Shown here: in pieces, positions 1 through 8,646 of the stretch
Layout: each line of letters opens with the position of its first letter
Position numbering within the stretch: the stretch's first letter is position 1
Source: Actinomycetota bacterium
Lineage (GTDB): Bacteria; Actinomycetota; AC-67
Assembly: GCA_035249485.1 (NCBI GenBank)
Contig: DATFGK010000110.1
Span: 1 to 57,397 of the forward strand
Length of the DNA: 57,397 bases
Direction: 5' to 3'
Program-made: the position numbers and the translations under genes
The notes under the pieces: generated by a model
Databases searched by the model: none
Told to the model about the DNA's origin: nothing
The model's input: only the letters and a program-made list of their open reading frames with translations

Positions 1-472
1 CGTAGACGTTCTGGTAGAGGACGCCCTTGCGATCGAAGCTGAAGCGGAAGAGCCCGGCGTGGATGCTCGTCCCGAGCCGCGAGCCCAGCGCTCCGAAGAT
101 CGCCCCACGCATACCGATCGCCGCCGGGATCAGGATGAACAGACCCGGCAGGGCCTCGAGCCGGTTCGCCATGAACCCGAGCGCGAGGCCCGTCGGCAGG
201 TTCCCGACGGCCGATACGGACAGCGCGATCATCCCCTGGCGAAGCGTGACGCGCTCGGCGCGCCAGTACGCGAAGACGTCGCGCACCGCCAGGACCGGCC
301 GCTTGACGACCACGACCGGGGCGAGGGCCGCCGTCCGCGCAGCGCGTGCCGGGACCTTCGCGACCTGAACCGAGACGCGCGAGATCTGGCGCGCGCGCTC
401 TACCCTGCGCTTGCGCCGCTCGGCCCGAAGCCGCTCGCGGTCCGGGGTCTGTGTCTTCGTCGGCCACCGCAC
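1..472 (-). CDS. MgtE/SLC41-type divalent-cation transporter, N-terminal part (gene runs off the left edge)
   Basis: Own reverse-strand translation (not in ORF track): GTG at 472..470, bounded by in-frame TGA at 478..476. It reads ...LRQGMIALSVSAVGNLPTGLALGFMANRLEALPGLFILIPAAIGMRGAIFGALGSRLGTSIHAGLF..., a hydrophobic PGL.ILIPA...G..G..SRL pattern typical of MgtE-domain membrane proteins. Confidence 0.5.
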   Translation of the reverse strand, partial: MRWPTKTQTPDRERLRAERRKRRVERARQISRVSVQVAKVPARAARTAALAPVVVVKRPVLAVRDVFAYWRAERVTLRQGMIALSVSAVGNLPTGLALGFMANRLEALPGLFILIPAAIGMRGAIFGALGSRLGTSIHAGLFRFSFDRKGVLYQNVY

Positions 473-559
473 TCGTCACCCCCTTCATGGCGAGCCTATG
501 GTACCCCCGGCGATCAGCCCGTCCTCCTGGTATCGGAGCGTGCGCTACCATGCGCGACC

Positions 560-1357
560 ATGCGGTTGGGGGGCGCGAAACGGCTGCTGGAGCGAACCTT
601 GGCTCGCCGTGGATACCGTTTCGTGCAGATCGAAACCGCGGATCAGCGCGCGATGCCGGCCGGCTTCGGCGAGGACATCCGGGACATCTTCGAGCGCGTC
701 CGCGACTACACGATGACCTCGCCCGAGCGTGTGGCCGCCCTTCACGACGCGGTGCGTTACGTCGTCGCCGCAGGGATCCCGGGCGCCGTCGTCGAGTGCG
801 GCGTCTTCCGGGGCGGAAGCATGATGGCGGTGGCGCACACCCTGCACGAGCTCGGCCGTGAGGACCGGGACCTTTATCTGTACGACACCTTCACCGGTCC
901 GCCGCCGCCGAGCGATCGCGATTTCGATCTGGTCCGCGGCATGTCCGTCGCGGAGAGCCACGCGCGCGCCGAGGCGCGGATCGCGGCCGGCGAGAAGATC
1001 CCAACGGCGCTTCAGCTGCTCCCGCTCGACGAGATCCGCCGGCTCATGCTCGAAACGGGGTACCCGGCCGAGCGGATCCACTTCGTCAAAGGTTTGGTCG
1101 AGGAGACGATCCCGGGGACGGCTCCCGACGAGATCGCGATCTTGCGACTCGATACCGATCACTACTCGTCCACGAAGCACGAGCTGATGCACCTATATCC
1201 GCGGGTCTCCGACGGCGGGGTGGTGATCATCGATGACTACGGCCGCTTCAAAGGCTCGCGGGACGCGACCGACGAGTTCCTGGCCGAGCAAGGCCTCTCG
1301 GTGCTCATGCATCGGATCGACGCGGCGAGCCGGATGATCATCGTCCGGCGGCGGTAA
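560..1357 (+). CDS. TylF/MycF-family (macrocin-type) sugar O-methyltransferase
   Basis: ATG at 560 inside ORF 59..1357. Contains ...VECGVFRGGSMM...LYLYDTF.G...ILRLDTDHYSSTKHELMHLYPRVSDGGVVIIDDY..., the characteristic TylF-family motifs. The upstream part of the ORF is Arg/Asp-rich noise overlapping the minus-strand transporter gene. Confidence 0.8.
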   Translation: MRLGGAKRLLERTLARRGYRFVQIETADQRAMPAGFGEDIRDIFERVRDYTMTSPERVAALHDAVRYVVAAGIPGAVVECGVFRGGSMMAVAHTLHELGREDRDLYLYDTFTGPPPPSDRDFDLVRGMSVAESHARAEARIAAGEKIPTALQLLPLDEIRRLMLETGYPAERIHFVKGLVEETIPGTAPDEIAILRLDTDHYSSTKHELMHLYPRVSDGGVVIIDDYGRFKGSRDATDEFLAEQGLSVLMHRIDAASRMIIVRRR

Positions 1358-1375
1358 CGCCGTCCGAGACGTTCG

Positions 1376-1813
1376 TCAGCTCGAGATCGTCTTCCGGCAC
1401 CACGCGTAGAGCGCGTCGTAAAGGAACAAGCCGCGCTCGAGGAGCCGAAGGTCGTCGTCTTCGACGTCCAGTCCGGCAGAGCCGAGCGCGGAGACCGTCG
1501 CGCCGAACGGATGCGTATGCTCCTCGCCCGCGATGTCGGCCGCGTGCACGATCCGCGCGAGCTCGTCGAGGGCCGGATCCGACCCCTGCATGCCGTGGTC
1601 CTCGATCAGCACCTCGAACGTGCAGAGGTCGCCGCGGTGCGTGTAGCGGGCACCGGGGGCGTCGAAGGAGACCGCGCCCTCGCGTTCGGCGAACGGAAGC
1701 ACGTCGTCGGCTGGAACGAAGTGGAATTCGGCCTCGGGGTCGATCGAGCGACGGATGAGCCACGGGCACGCGATCCGGTCGGTTTTCGGCCGGGCTCGCG
1801 TAACCCACTTCAT
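1376..1813 (-). CDS. ChrB C-terminal-domain (chromate-resistance-like) protein, stand-alone
   Basis: ATG at 1813. MKWVTRARPKTDRIACPWLIRRSIDPEAEFHFVP...SFDAPGARYTHRGDLCTFEVLIEDHG..DPALDELARIVHAAD matches my memory of the ChrB_C/Chrom_resist domain. Its start overlaps the upstream stop (ATGA). Confidence 0.6.
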   Translation of the reverse strand: MKWVTRARPKTDRIACPWLIRRSIDPEAEFHFVPADDVLPFAEREGAVSFDAPGARYTHRGDLCTFEVLIEDHGMQGSDPALDELARIVHAADIAGEEHTHPFGATVSALGSAGLDVEDDDLRLLERGLFLYDALYAWCRKTISS

Positions 1814-2040
1814 GGCTCGACGGGCTCGATCTCGGTCGCGTAGAGGTTGAACACCCGGCCGTCGTCGAGTTTGATCTCGAAGGCGCCCTTGTCGCCGGCG
1901 TAGCCCGGCGTCACCCACTGGATCGTCCCCTCCAGGCCGATGATGTCCTGTGGGATCGGCGTTCCCGGTTCCGGGTCGGGGCGGATCGCGACGACCTTGA
2001 CGCGATCGCCCTGGCCGAGCTGATCCTTCTTGCGTGCCAT
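1810..2040 (-). CDS. Small hypothetical protein (76 aa)
   Basis: ATG at 2040, with GC3-rich codons. Its stop overlaps the start of the ChrB_C gene (ATGA at 1810..1813). No family recognised. Confidence 0.5.
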   Translation of the reverse strand: MARKKDQLGQGDRVKVVAIRPDPEPGTPIPQDIIGLEGTIQWVTPGYAGDKGAFEIKLDDGRVFNLYATEIEPVEP

Positions 2041-2097
2041 AGCCCTGATATCCCCGCTACACGACGACCGAACCGTCGATCATCTGTCGAGACCCCT

Positions 2098-3240
2098 TCA
2101 ACGCGTCAGCGACCGGGCGATGACGAGCCGCTGGATCTGGTTCGTGCCTTCGTAGATCTGCGTGATCTTGGCGTCGCGCATCATCCGCTCGACGGGGAAG
2201 TCCTTGATATAGCCGTACCCGCCGAAGACCTGGACGGCGTCGGTGGTCACCGCCATCGCGGTGTCCGACGCGTACGCCTTCGCGATCGCGGCCCAGTACG
2301 AGACCCTGGGGTCCTGCGCGACGACGGCGGCCGCGGCCTTGTAGACGAGCAGTCGCGAGGCTTCGATCCTCATCGCCATATCCGCGAGCATGAACCCCAC
2401 GCCTTCGAACTCGGCGATCGCCCGGCCGAACGCCTTCCGCTCCTTCGCGTAGGCGGTCGCGTGCTCGAAGGCGCCCTGCGCGATGCCGAGCGCCTGAGCG
2501 CCGATCGTCGGGCGTGAGTAGTCGAGCGTGCGCATCGCATACGTGAAGCCGAGGTTCTCCTCGCCGACAAGGTCGTCAGGGCCGGCGCGATACCCGTCGA
2601 GGATCACCTCGCCGGTCGGCGATCCGCGGATGCCCATCTTCTTCTCCTCGCGCCCGAGCGAGAAGCCGGGCTCGTCGCGGCGGACGACGAACGCCGAGAT
2701 GTTCTTCCCGCGCGCGCCGTCGGGATCGGTGACGGCGAACATCAGATACGTGTCGGCCGTGCCCGCGTTTGTGATGAAACGCTTCGTTCCCGTTAGGACC
2801 CAGCCGCCGCCGTCGCGGACGGCGCGGGTGCGCATCGCCGCGGCGTCCGATCCCGAACCCGGCTCGGTGAGGCAGTACGCGATCTGGCGCTCGCCGCGGA
2901 TGATGCCGCCGAGGAGCTCCTTCCGTTGGGCATCGCTTCCGGCAAGCATCAAGGGGATCGCGCCGAGACGGTTGACGACGGGGATCTGGGAGACGGCGGC
3001 CGACCAGCGGCTGATCTCCTCGATGAGGAGGACGAACTCGACCGGTCCGCCGGAGCCGCCGACCTCCTCCGGGTACCCGACGCCCATCAGCTCGTTGTCG
3101 ACGAAGAGCCGGTGCATGTCCCACGGGTACTCGTCTTCTTCGTCGATCGCGGCCGCTCGAGGCGCAACCTTGTCGTCGACTATCCGCCGGACGGACGCGC
3201 GGAACAGCTCTTGCTCTTCGCTCAGTTGGAACGCGTCCAT
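2098..3240 (-). CDS. Acyl-CoA dehydrogenase (short/medium-chain type, 380 aa)
   Basis: Full-length ACAD pattern: ...[11 protein letters not shown]...[14 protein letters not shown]...[10 protein letters not shown]...[15 protein letters not shown]. Confidence 0.9.
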   Translation of the reverse strand: MDAFQLSEEQELFRASVRRIVDDKVAPRAAAIDEEDEYPWDMHRLFVDNELMGVGYPEEVGGSGGPVEFVLLIEEISRWSAAVSQIPVVNRLGAIPLMLAGSDAQRKELLGGIIRGERQIAYCLTEPGSGSDAAAMRTRAVRDGGGWVLTGTKRFITNAGTADTYLMFAVTDPDGARGKNISAFVVRRDEPGFSLGREEKKMGIRGSPTGEVILDGYRAGPDDLVGEENLGFTYAMRTLDYSRPTIGAQALGIAQGAFEHATAYAKERKAFGRAIAEFEGVGFMLADMAMRIEASRLLVYKAAAAVVAQDPRVSYWAAIAKAYASDTAMAVTTDAVQVFGGYGYIKDFPVERMMRDAKITQIYEGTNQIQRLVIARSLTR

Positions 3241-3270
3241 CCGGGCCAGGGTAGCGCAGCCGGTTTGACG

Positions 3271-3283
3271 CTGACGCCGTCAG
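3271..3283. promoter_or_regulatory. Perfect 6-1-6 palindrome CTGACG-C-CGTCAG in the ACAD/ccr divergent intergenic region (candidate operator)
   Basis: Read directly from 3271..3283. It lies immediately downstream of a TTGACG (-35-like) hexamer at 3265..3270. It is 31 nt from the ACAD ATG and 42 nt from the proposed ccr TTG. Confidence 0.3.
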
Positions 3284-3324
3284 GGGCAATAACTGGCCGC
3301 ACGCAACCGCGAGGAGGAATCCCC

Positions 3325-4566
3325 TTGCCCAAGGACATCTACGCCGTCGGTGAGCTCCCGCCGCTCGGAGAGGTGCCGGCGCGGATGTTCGCGCAGACCA
3401 TCCGGCCCGAGCGGTTCGGCGAGCCGGAGAAGGCCTTCCAGATCGAAGAGATCGACGTTCCCCAGCCCGGCCCTGGTGAAGTGCTCGTGCTCGTGATGGC
3501 GGCGGGGATCAACTACAACAACGTCTGGGCCGCGCGCGGCATCCCCGTCGACGTCACCAAGGTCCACGGCCGGTTCGGCGAGCCCACCGATCACCACATC
3601 GGCGGCTCCGACGCGTCCGGGATCGTGTACGCGACCGGCGACGGCGTGTCCCTGAAGGTCGGAGACCGGGTCGTCGTCCACTGCGGCCAGTGGGACGCCG
3701 ACGATCCGATGGTCTCCTCCGGCGAGGACCCCATGTTCGCGAGCTCGTTCCGCATCTGGGGCTACGAGTCGAACTGGGGCTCCTTCGCGCAGTTCACGAA
3801 GGTGCAGGCGCACCAGTGCATGCCGAAGGCTTCCCACCTTTCGTGGGAAGCGGCGGCCGCGCCGACGCTCGTCGGCGCGACGGCCTACCGGATGCTTACC
3901 GGCTGGCCGCCGCACGCGGTCAAGCCGGGCGACGCAGTACTGGTGTGGGGCGGCGCCGGCGGTCTGGGGACGATGGCGATCCAGATCGTGCGCGAGCTCG
4001 GCGGCAAGGCGGTCGCCGTCGTTTCCAGCGATGAGAAGGGCGAGTTCTGCAAGAAGCTCGGCGCCGTCGGATACATCAATCGCAAGAAGTTCGATCACTG
4101 GGGCATGCCGCCGCACTGGACGGACACGAAGGCCTATGCCACGTGGACCGAGGGAGCGAAGGGGTTCGGCAAGGCGTTCTGGGAGGCGCTCGGCGAGAAG
4201 CGCAGCCCGCGGATCGTGTTCGAGCATCCCGGCGAGGACACCGTGCCGACGTCGATCTTCGTCGCCGACACCGGCGGCATGGTCGTGATCTGCGCGGGAA
4301 CGACCGGATACAACGCCGTGGTCGACCTGCGGTACCACTGGATGCGGCAGAAGCGATTCCAGGGCTCGCACTTCGCGAACGACGATCAGTCGAACTCCTT
4401 CAACGACCTCGTCGTCGACGGCAAGATCGACCCGTGCCTCTCGCGGACGTTCACGTTCGAGGAGATCGGCACGGCGCACCAGCTCATGTTCGAGAACCGT
4501 CATCCGGAAGGGAACATGGCGGCGCTGGTCGGGGCGAAGGAGCCCGGCCAGACGGATCTGCCGTAG
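3325..4566 (+). CDS. ccr: Crotonyl-CoA carboxylase/reductase
   Basis: ...[20 protein letters not shown]...[10 protein letters not shown]...[27 protein letters not shown]...GAGGLG...[32 protein letters not shown]... are hallmark CCR motifs. Start proposed at TTG 3325, after GAGGAGGA at 3311..3318; start uncertain. Confidence 0.85.
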   Translation: MPKDIYAVGELPPLGEVPARMFAQTIRPERFGEPEKAFQIEEIDVPQPGPGEVLVLVMAAGINYNNVWAARGIPVDVTKVHGRFGEPTDHHIGGSDASGIVYATGDGVSLKVGDRVVVHCGQWDADDPMVSSGEDPMFASSFRIWGYESNWGSFAQFTKVQAHQCMPKASHLSWEAAAAPTLVGATAYRMLTGWPPHAVKPGDAVLVWGGAGGLGTMAIQIVRELGGKAVAVVSSDEKGEFCKKLGAVGYINRKKFDHWGMPPHWTDTKAYATWTEGAKGFGKAFWEALGEKRSPRIVFEHPGEDTVPTSIFVADTGGMVVICAGTTGYNAVVDLRYHWMRQKRFQGSHFANDDQSNSFNDLVVDGKIDPCLSRTFTFEEIGTAHQLMFENRHPEGNMAALVGAKEPGQTDLP

Positions 4567-4620
4567 CGGTTACCCGCCCCGCCGAGCGGGGAAGAACGCC
4601 TCGACCCAGGAGGTGATCGA

Positions 4621-5154
4621 ATGAGCCGCTTCGCGCTGGGCTCGACGTTCCGGATCCGTGACCGGAAGTTCTACGGCCTGCGGGGGTTCGAGGGGAAGCC
4701 GCTGCATCCGCCGTTCACCGACATCCCGGTGGGGGCCTACGTGATCGCTCCGGTGCTCGACGTGATCGGCTTCATCGGACGCGACCGCTCGTGGGGCAGA
4801 GACCTGTTCATCGCGGCCGGCTACACGTTCCTCCTCGGGGCGATCTTCTCGCTGTTCGCCGTCCTGACCGGGTTCGTCGACTGGCTCAAGATGCGGCCGG
4901 GGTCCGAGGTGCGCCGGATCACGAACAGCCACTTCCTCGTCATGGTGGTCACCAGCGTGCTGGTCGGTACGGATCTGCTCCACCGAAGTGGGATGGATGA
5001 GGAGCTCGTGACGGCCGGGCTGATGATCCATAGTCTCGCGGTGCTCGTCGTCATGACGTTCGGCGCCGCGATCGGCGGTTCGCTGGTCTTCGACAAGGGC
5101 TATCGCGTCAGGATGCGGCAGGCGGCCGGCGACGAGCCGGGCGAACAGGCTTAG
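4621..5154 (+). CDS. DUF2231-like integral membrane protein
   Basis: 177 aa with about 4 hydrophobic segments. The N-terminal ...GKPLHPPFTDIPVGAYV... is typical of the DUF2231 family. Confidence 0.65.
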   Translation: MSRFALGSTFRIRDRKFYGLRGFEGKPLHPPFTDIPVGAYVIAPVLDVIGFIGRDRSWGRDLFIAAGYTFLLGAIFSLFAVLTGFVDWLKMRPGSEVRRITNSHFLVMVVTSVLVGTDLLHRSGMDEELVTAGLMIHSLAVLVVMTFGAAIGGSLVFDKGYRVRMRQAAGDEPGEQA

Positions 5155-6370
5155 CCTTCGCCGGGACGGGCTTGGGAGCCGTAGCCGGTTTCGGGGTTGC
5201 GGTCGTTGTCGGTGCCGGCTTTGGTGCGGGCTTCGCCGCGCGCGGAGCGAGGGGCTTCAGATGCGCTCCCGGCGGCCCGGCCGAGATCGGGCTCCCGATC
5301 CTCACGCGGGTGATGACGGTCTCGCGCGCGTGGAAGTAGCTCGCGACGAGCCCCGCCTCGGCTTCGATCGCGGCCATCGCGCGCGGGGACGGTTCGTCGA
5401 AGAAGCCGACGCGGATCTCGATCTTCCGGTCCGAGGCGACGTAGTCCCACAGCCCGGCAACCGTACCTTCGACGAGGATCACGCTCGTCGCGTTGCCGCC
5501 CTTGTCGTAGAGATACGGCTGGATCGACGGGTCGGCGAAGCGCGCGCGCGACGATCCGGCGTACCCCATCGTGTAGGCGTCCCAGGCGGGGAGGAGATTC
5601 ACCCGGTTGGCGACCGGCCGCGTCCCTTCGAAACCGCGCACGTCCTTCTCGAACATAAGGAGGCCGTCGCCCAGATCGGCGGGCTCGTGAGCCCCCACCG
5701 CGGCTTCGGCTTGCGACTGCGGTACTCCCGCCCACCACGCGAAATCCTCCACGGTCGCCGGCGCGAACGCTTTCAGGTAGTCGCCGGCGAGCCACGTGAG
5801 CGCCTCGGTCGGGTCCGCATCGGGAAGCTCGTGGCCGAGCCATACCCGCATCGCCGCGTACGTGAAGACGTTCGACTGCGCCGTCTTCGGCTTGACGCGG
5901 ATCAGCTTCCCCTCGGCGCAGAGCGCCTGCAGCACCGGTGAGAGCTTCTCCGGCGGATCCTTGATCGCCTCACGGATCTGATCGCCCGTCATCGGTCTGC
6001 CGGCGGCCAGCAGGATCTCGTGCTCGAGCCGCGCGTACTCGTCCTCGCTGAACCCCTCGCGCTTGAGGAGCCAGCGGAACGGCGCCGACGTGTCGGTCGC
6101 CCGGAACGCGAGGTGCGCGGTCTCGACGTGGAGCATCCAGACCGTGCGGCGCATCGCGGGGAGCCGGAGCGCGATGCGTGAGTCGACCGCGCCCTCGACC
6201 ATGCCTTGCATCAGCCGGGGCACGCGCGCGAGGAGCGACAGGGCTCCCTGCGGGTTGGAGCTGTAGACGCCGATGATCGAGCGGAGACAGTCGTCGATGC
6301 CCCGGCACGAGCGGTCGAGCCGCTGGCGTCGCCAAGACCACCAGCGGACCTGCTCGAGGTCGGCGCCCAC
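5108..6370 (-). CDS. Winged-helix DNA-binding protein of the YcaQ/AlkZ (DUF1006) crosslink-repair glycosylase family, with a Pro/Ala/Lys-rich basic tail
   Basis: 420 aa. ...WWSWRRQRL..., ...VEDFAWWAG..., ...NLLPAWDAYTMGY...ILVEGTVAGLWDY... match the YcaQ-family layout. The last ~56 aa are PAPKPAP/AKAKP low complexity. Confidence 0.65.
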   Translation of the reverse strand: MGADLEQVRWWSWRRQRLDRSCRGIDDCLRSIIGVYSSNPQGALSLLARVPRLMQGMVEGAVDSRIALRLPAMRRTVWMLHVETAHLAFRATDTSAPFRWLLKREGFSEDEYARLEHEILLAAGRPMTGDQIREAIKDPPEKLSPVLQALCAEGKLIRVKPKTAQSNVFTYAAMRVWLGHELPDADPTEALTWLAGDYLKAFAPATVEDFAWWAGVPQSQAEAAVGAHEPADLGDGLLMFEKDVRGFEGTRPVANRVNLLPAWDAYTMGYAGSSRARFADPSIQPYLYDKGGNATSVILVEGTVAGLWDYVASDRKIEIRVGFFDEPSPRAMAAIEAEAGLVASYFHARETVITRVRIGSPISAGPPGAHLKPLAPRAAKPAPKPAPTTTATPKPATAPKPVPAKAKPVRPARRRPPAAS

Positions 6371-6403
6371 CCGGCTCCCGCCGCCCCGCTCGTCCGGTGA
6401 GCG

Positions 6404-7582
6404 CTAGACCTTGATGATCAGCGCGTCGCCCTGGCCGCCGCCGCCGCACAAGGCGGCCGCGCCGGTCCCGCCCCCGCGGCGCTTGAGCTCGTTTGCCAGC
6501 GTCAGGACCAAACGTGCGCCGCTCATCCCGATCGGGTGTCCGAGCGCGACGGCACCGCCGTTCACGTTCACGCGGTCCTCAGAGATCCCGAGATCCTTCG
6601 CGGCCGCGAGCGACACGGCTGCGAACGCCTCGTTGAGCTCGTAGAGGTCCAGCGCGCCGGCGTCGAGGCCCGCCTTCTCGGCGGCGACCTTGATCGCGTT
6701 CGCCGGCTGGAGGTGGAGCGACGGGTCCGGGCCCGCCACCTGGCCGTGCGAAACGACCGTCGCGATCGGCTCGAGGCCCAACTCGTCCGCTTTCGCCTTG
6801 CTCATCACGACCATGGCTGCGCCGCCGTCGGAGATCTGCGAGGCGTTCCCGGCGGTGATCGTGCCGTCCTTCTGGAACGCCGGCGCGAGCTTCGCGAGCG
6901 ACTCGGCGGTCGTTCCGGGGCGGATCCCTTCGTCCTCTTCGATCAGGATCGGGTCGCCTTTGCGCTGCGGGATCTCGACCGAGACGATCTCGTCGCGGAG
7001 ACGGCCGGCCTTCGTCGCGTCGGCGGCGCGTTCGTGCGACCGCGCCGACCACTCGTCCTGCTCGGTCCTTCCGATGCCCATCTTCTTGTTGACGTCGTCA
7101 GAGGAGTCGCCCATGTGCTTCCGGTCGAACGCGCACCAGAGGCCGTCCCAGATCATCAGGTCGACGAGCTTCGCGTCGCCCATCCGCGCGCCCTGACGGC
7201 CCTTCGGCATCGCGTAGGGGGCGTTGGTCATCGACTCCATGCCGCCGGCGATCGCGATCTCGATCTCGCCGGCCCGGATGAGGATGTCGGCGAGGTGGAC
7301 GGCGTTCAAGCCCGACAGACAGACCTTGTTGATCGTTATGGCCGGAACGTCCATCGGGATGCCGCCCTTGTTCGCGGCCTGCCGGGCCGTGATCTGCCCC
7401 TGGCCTGCCTGGAGCACCTGCCCCATGATCACGTAATCGACCCGGTCGCCGTTCAGGCCGGCACGCTTCAGCGCCTCGGCGATGGCGAAGCCGCCCAGGT
7501 CCATGGCGGTGAAGTCGGCGAAGCCACCGAGGAACTTCCCGATCGGGGTCCGTGCGCCGGAGACGATGACGGTTTCGCTCAT
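6404..7582 (-). CDS. Acetyl-CoA C-acetyltransferase (thiolase II)
   Basis: 392 aa. ...VIVSGARTPIGKF...INKVCLSGLNA...GGMESMTNAPY...NEAFAAV...NGGAVALGHPIGMSGARL...ALCGGGGQGDALII. Confidence 0.95.
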   Translation of the reverse strand: MSETVIVSGARTPIGKFLGGFADFTAMDLGGFAIAEALKRAGLNGDRVDYVIMGQVLQAGQGQITARQAANKGGIPMDVPAITINKVCLSGLNAVHLADILIRAGEIEIAIAGGMESMTNAPYAMPKGRQGARMGDAKLVDLMIWDGLWCAFDRKHMGDSSDDVNKKMGIGRTEQDEWSARSHERAADATKAGRLRDEIVSVEIPQRKGDPILIEEDEGIRPGTTAESLAKLAPAFQKDGTITAGNASQISDGGAAMVVMSKAKADELGLEPIATVVSHGQVAGPDPSLHLQPANAIKVAAEKAGLDAGALDLYELNEAFAAVSLAAAKDLGISEDRVNVNGGAVALGHPIGMSGARLVLTLANELKRRGGGTGAAALCGGGGQGDALIIKV

Positions 7583-7709
7583 CAGGGGTCCTCCCGGATC
7601 GTTGGTCTTGCGCAGATTCTAGCGGCCCCGGCTCGGCCGCGGATACCCGGGTGCGGGCGCCCCGGGGGAGGAGTATGGTCGCTGGCAGAGCAGCGTTCGG
7701 GGGCAAGAG

Positions 7710-8207
7710 GTGAGTGCTCACCTCGAGGAGTCGCAGGAGATCCTGGGCAGGCTCCAACGCGCGCTCGCTCCTGAGAGCGAGCCACAAGCCATCGTGAACG
7801 CCATCGTCCCTGAGCTGCGGACCCTGTTCCCACTCTTCCGCATCACGATCCGACGCCTTGTGGACGATGTGATGCTCGAGATCACCGGTCTGTGGAACGC
7901 GGGCCCGACCTCGCTCGGCGTCGGCGCGAAGATGAGCGTGATGTCGAGCTCCTTCCCGGCGATCGCGTCGACGGGCAAGCCGGTCGTGCGCAGCCGGTTG
8001 GACCGCGCCGCGCAGCTCCTCGAGGGGATCGTCGGCGCCGAGGGTGTGGCGTCCTACGTCACGCTGCCGCTCCGTTCCGGCGACGTCGTCACCGGACTGC
8101 TGAGCCTCTCGAGCGCGATGCCGGGAGCCTTCACCGAGCAGGACGTTCCGTTCTTCGAGGAGGTTGCAGCGCTCATCGGATCCCGGCTCTCCTCGGCCGA
8201 GGGTTGA
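7710..8207 (+). CDS. Stand-alone GAF-domain-like protein
   Basis: GTG start, 165 aa. ...ASYVTLPLRSGDVVTGLLSLSSAMPGAFTEQDVPFFEEVAALIG... resembles the C-terminal half of a GAF fold. No output domain. Confidence 0.55.
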   Translation: MSAHLEESQEILGRLQRALAPESEPQAIVNAIVPELRTLFPLFRITIRRLVDDVMLEITGLWNAGPTSLGVGAKMSVMSSSFPAIASTGKPVVRSRLDRAAQLLEGIVGAEGVASYVTLPLRSGDVVTGLLSLSSAMPGAFTEQDVPFFEEVAALIGSRLSSAEG

Positions 8208-8237
8208 GGAGCGAAGCGAGCGGATACAATCCCGGGG

Positions 8238-8636
8238 ATGTTCGATCGGGTGGACCACGTCGGGATCGCCGTTCGCGATCTCGACGCCGCGATCGCCTTC
8301 TACGAGGCCGCGTTCGACGTCAAGCTCGCCCATCGCGAGACGGTCGAAGAACAGGGCGTCGAGGAAGCGATGTTCCGCGTCGGCGAGTCGTGGATCCAGC
8401 TGCTCTGCCCGCTGGGGCCGGACACCCCGGTCGGCAAGTACATCTCCAAGCGCGGCGAAGGCGTTCATCACGTCGGGTACGGCGTCGCCGATCTGAAGGC
8501 AACGCTCGAGCATCTGAAGAGCGAGGGCCTGCAGCTGATCGACGCGCAACCGCGTCGCGGATCGCGCGGCTCGATGGTGGCGTTCGTCCATCCGCGCAGC
8601 GTCGGGGGCGTTCTCGTCGAGCTCGTTCAGGAGTGA
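8238..8636 (+). CDS. mce: Methylmalonyl-CoA (ethylmalonyl-CoA) epimerase, VOC family
   Basis: 132 aa. FDRVDHVGIAVRDLDAAIAFYE...QLLCPLGPDTPVGKYISKRGEGVHHVGYGV.DL...VAFVHPRSVGGVLVELVQ. Confidence 0.85.
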   Translation: MFDRVDHVGIAVRDLDAAIAFYEAAFDVKLAHRETVEEQGVEEAMFRVGESWIQLLCPLGPDTPVGKYISKRGEGVHHVGYGVADLKATLEHLKSEGLQLIDAQPRRGSRGSMVAFVHPRSVGGVLVELVQE

Positions 8637-8646
8637 TGCCGGTCCC

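Noticed and set aside
59-559. Long N-terminal extensions of track ORFs (59..1357, 2926..4566, 10374..11690, 11099..12451, 16609..18000, 20841..22970, 29226..31190, 40095..41537, 41149..43242, 43917..46673, 54326..56398)
   Set aside because: The extensions overlap upstream genes and are Arg/Pro-rich. Family alignments begin at internal ATG/GTG/TTG codons, often with an SD or a 1-8 nt coupled overlap, so starts were trimmed. Exact starts remain uncertain.
2098-3240. Calling the ACAD next to ccr a methylsuccinyl-CoA dehydrogenase (mcd)
   Set aside because: At 380 aa it lacks the N-terminal extension of Mcd (~550 aa). By eye it is indistinguishable from generic short/medium-chain ACADs.
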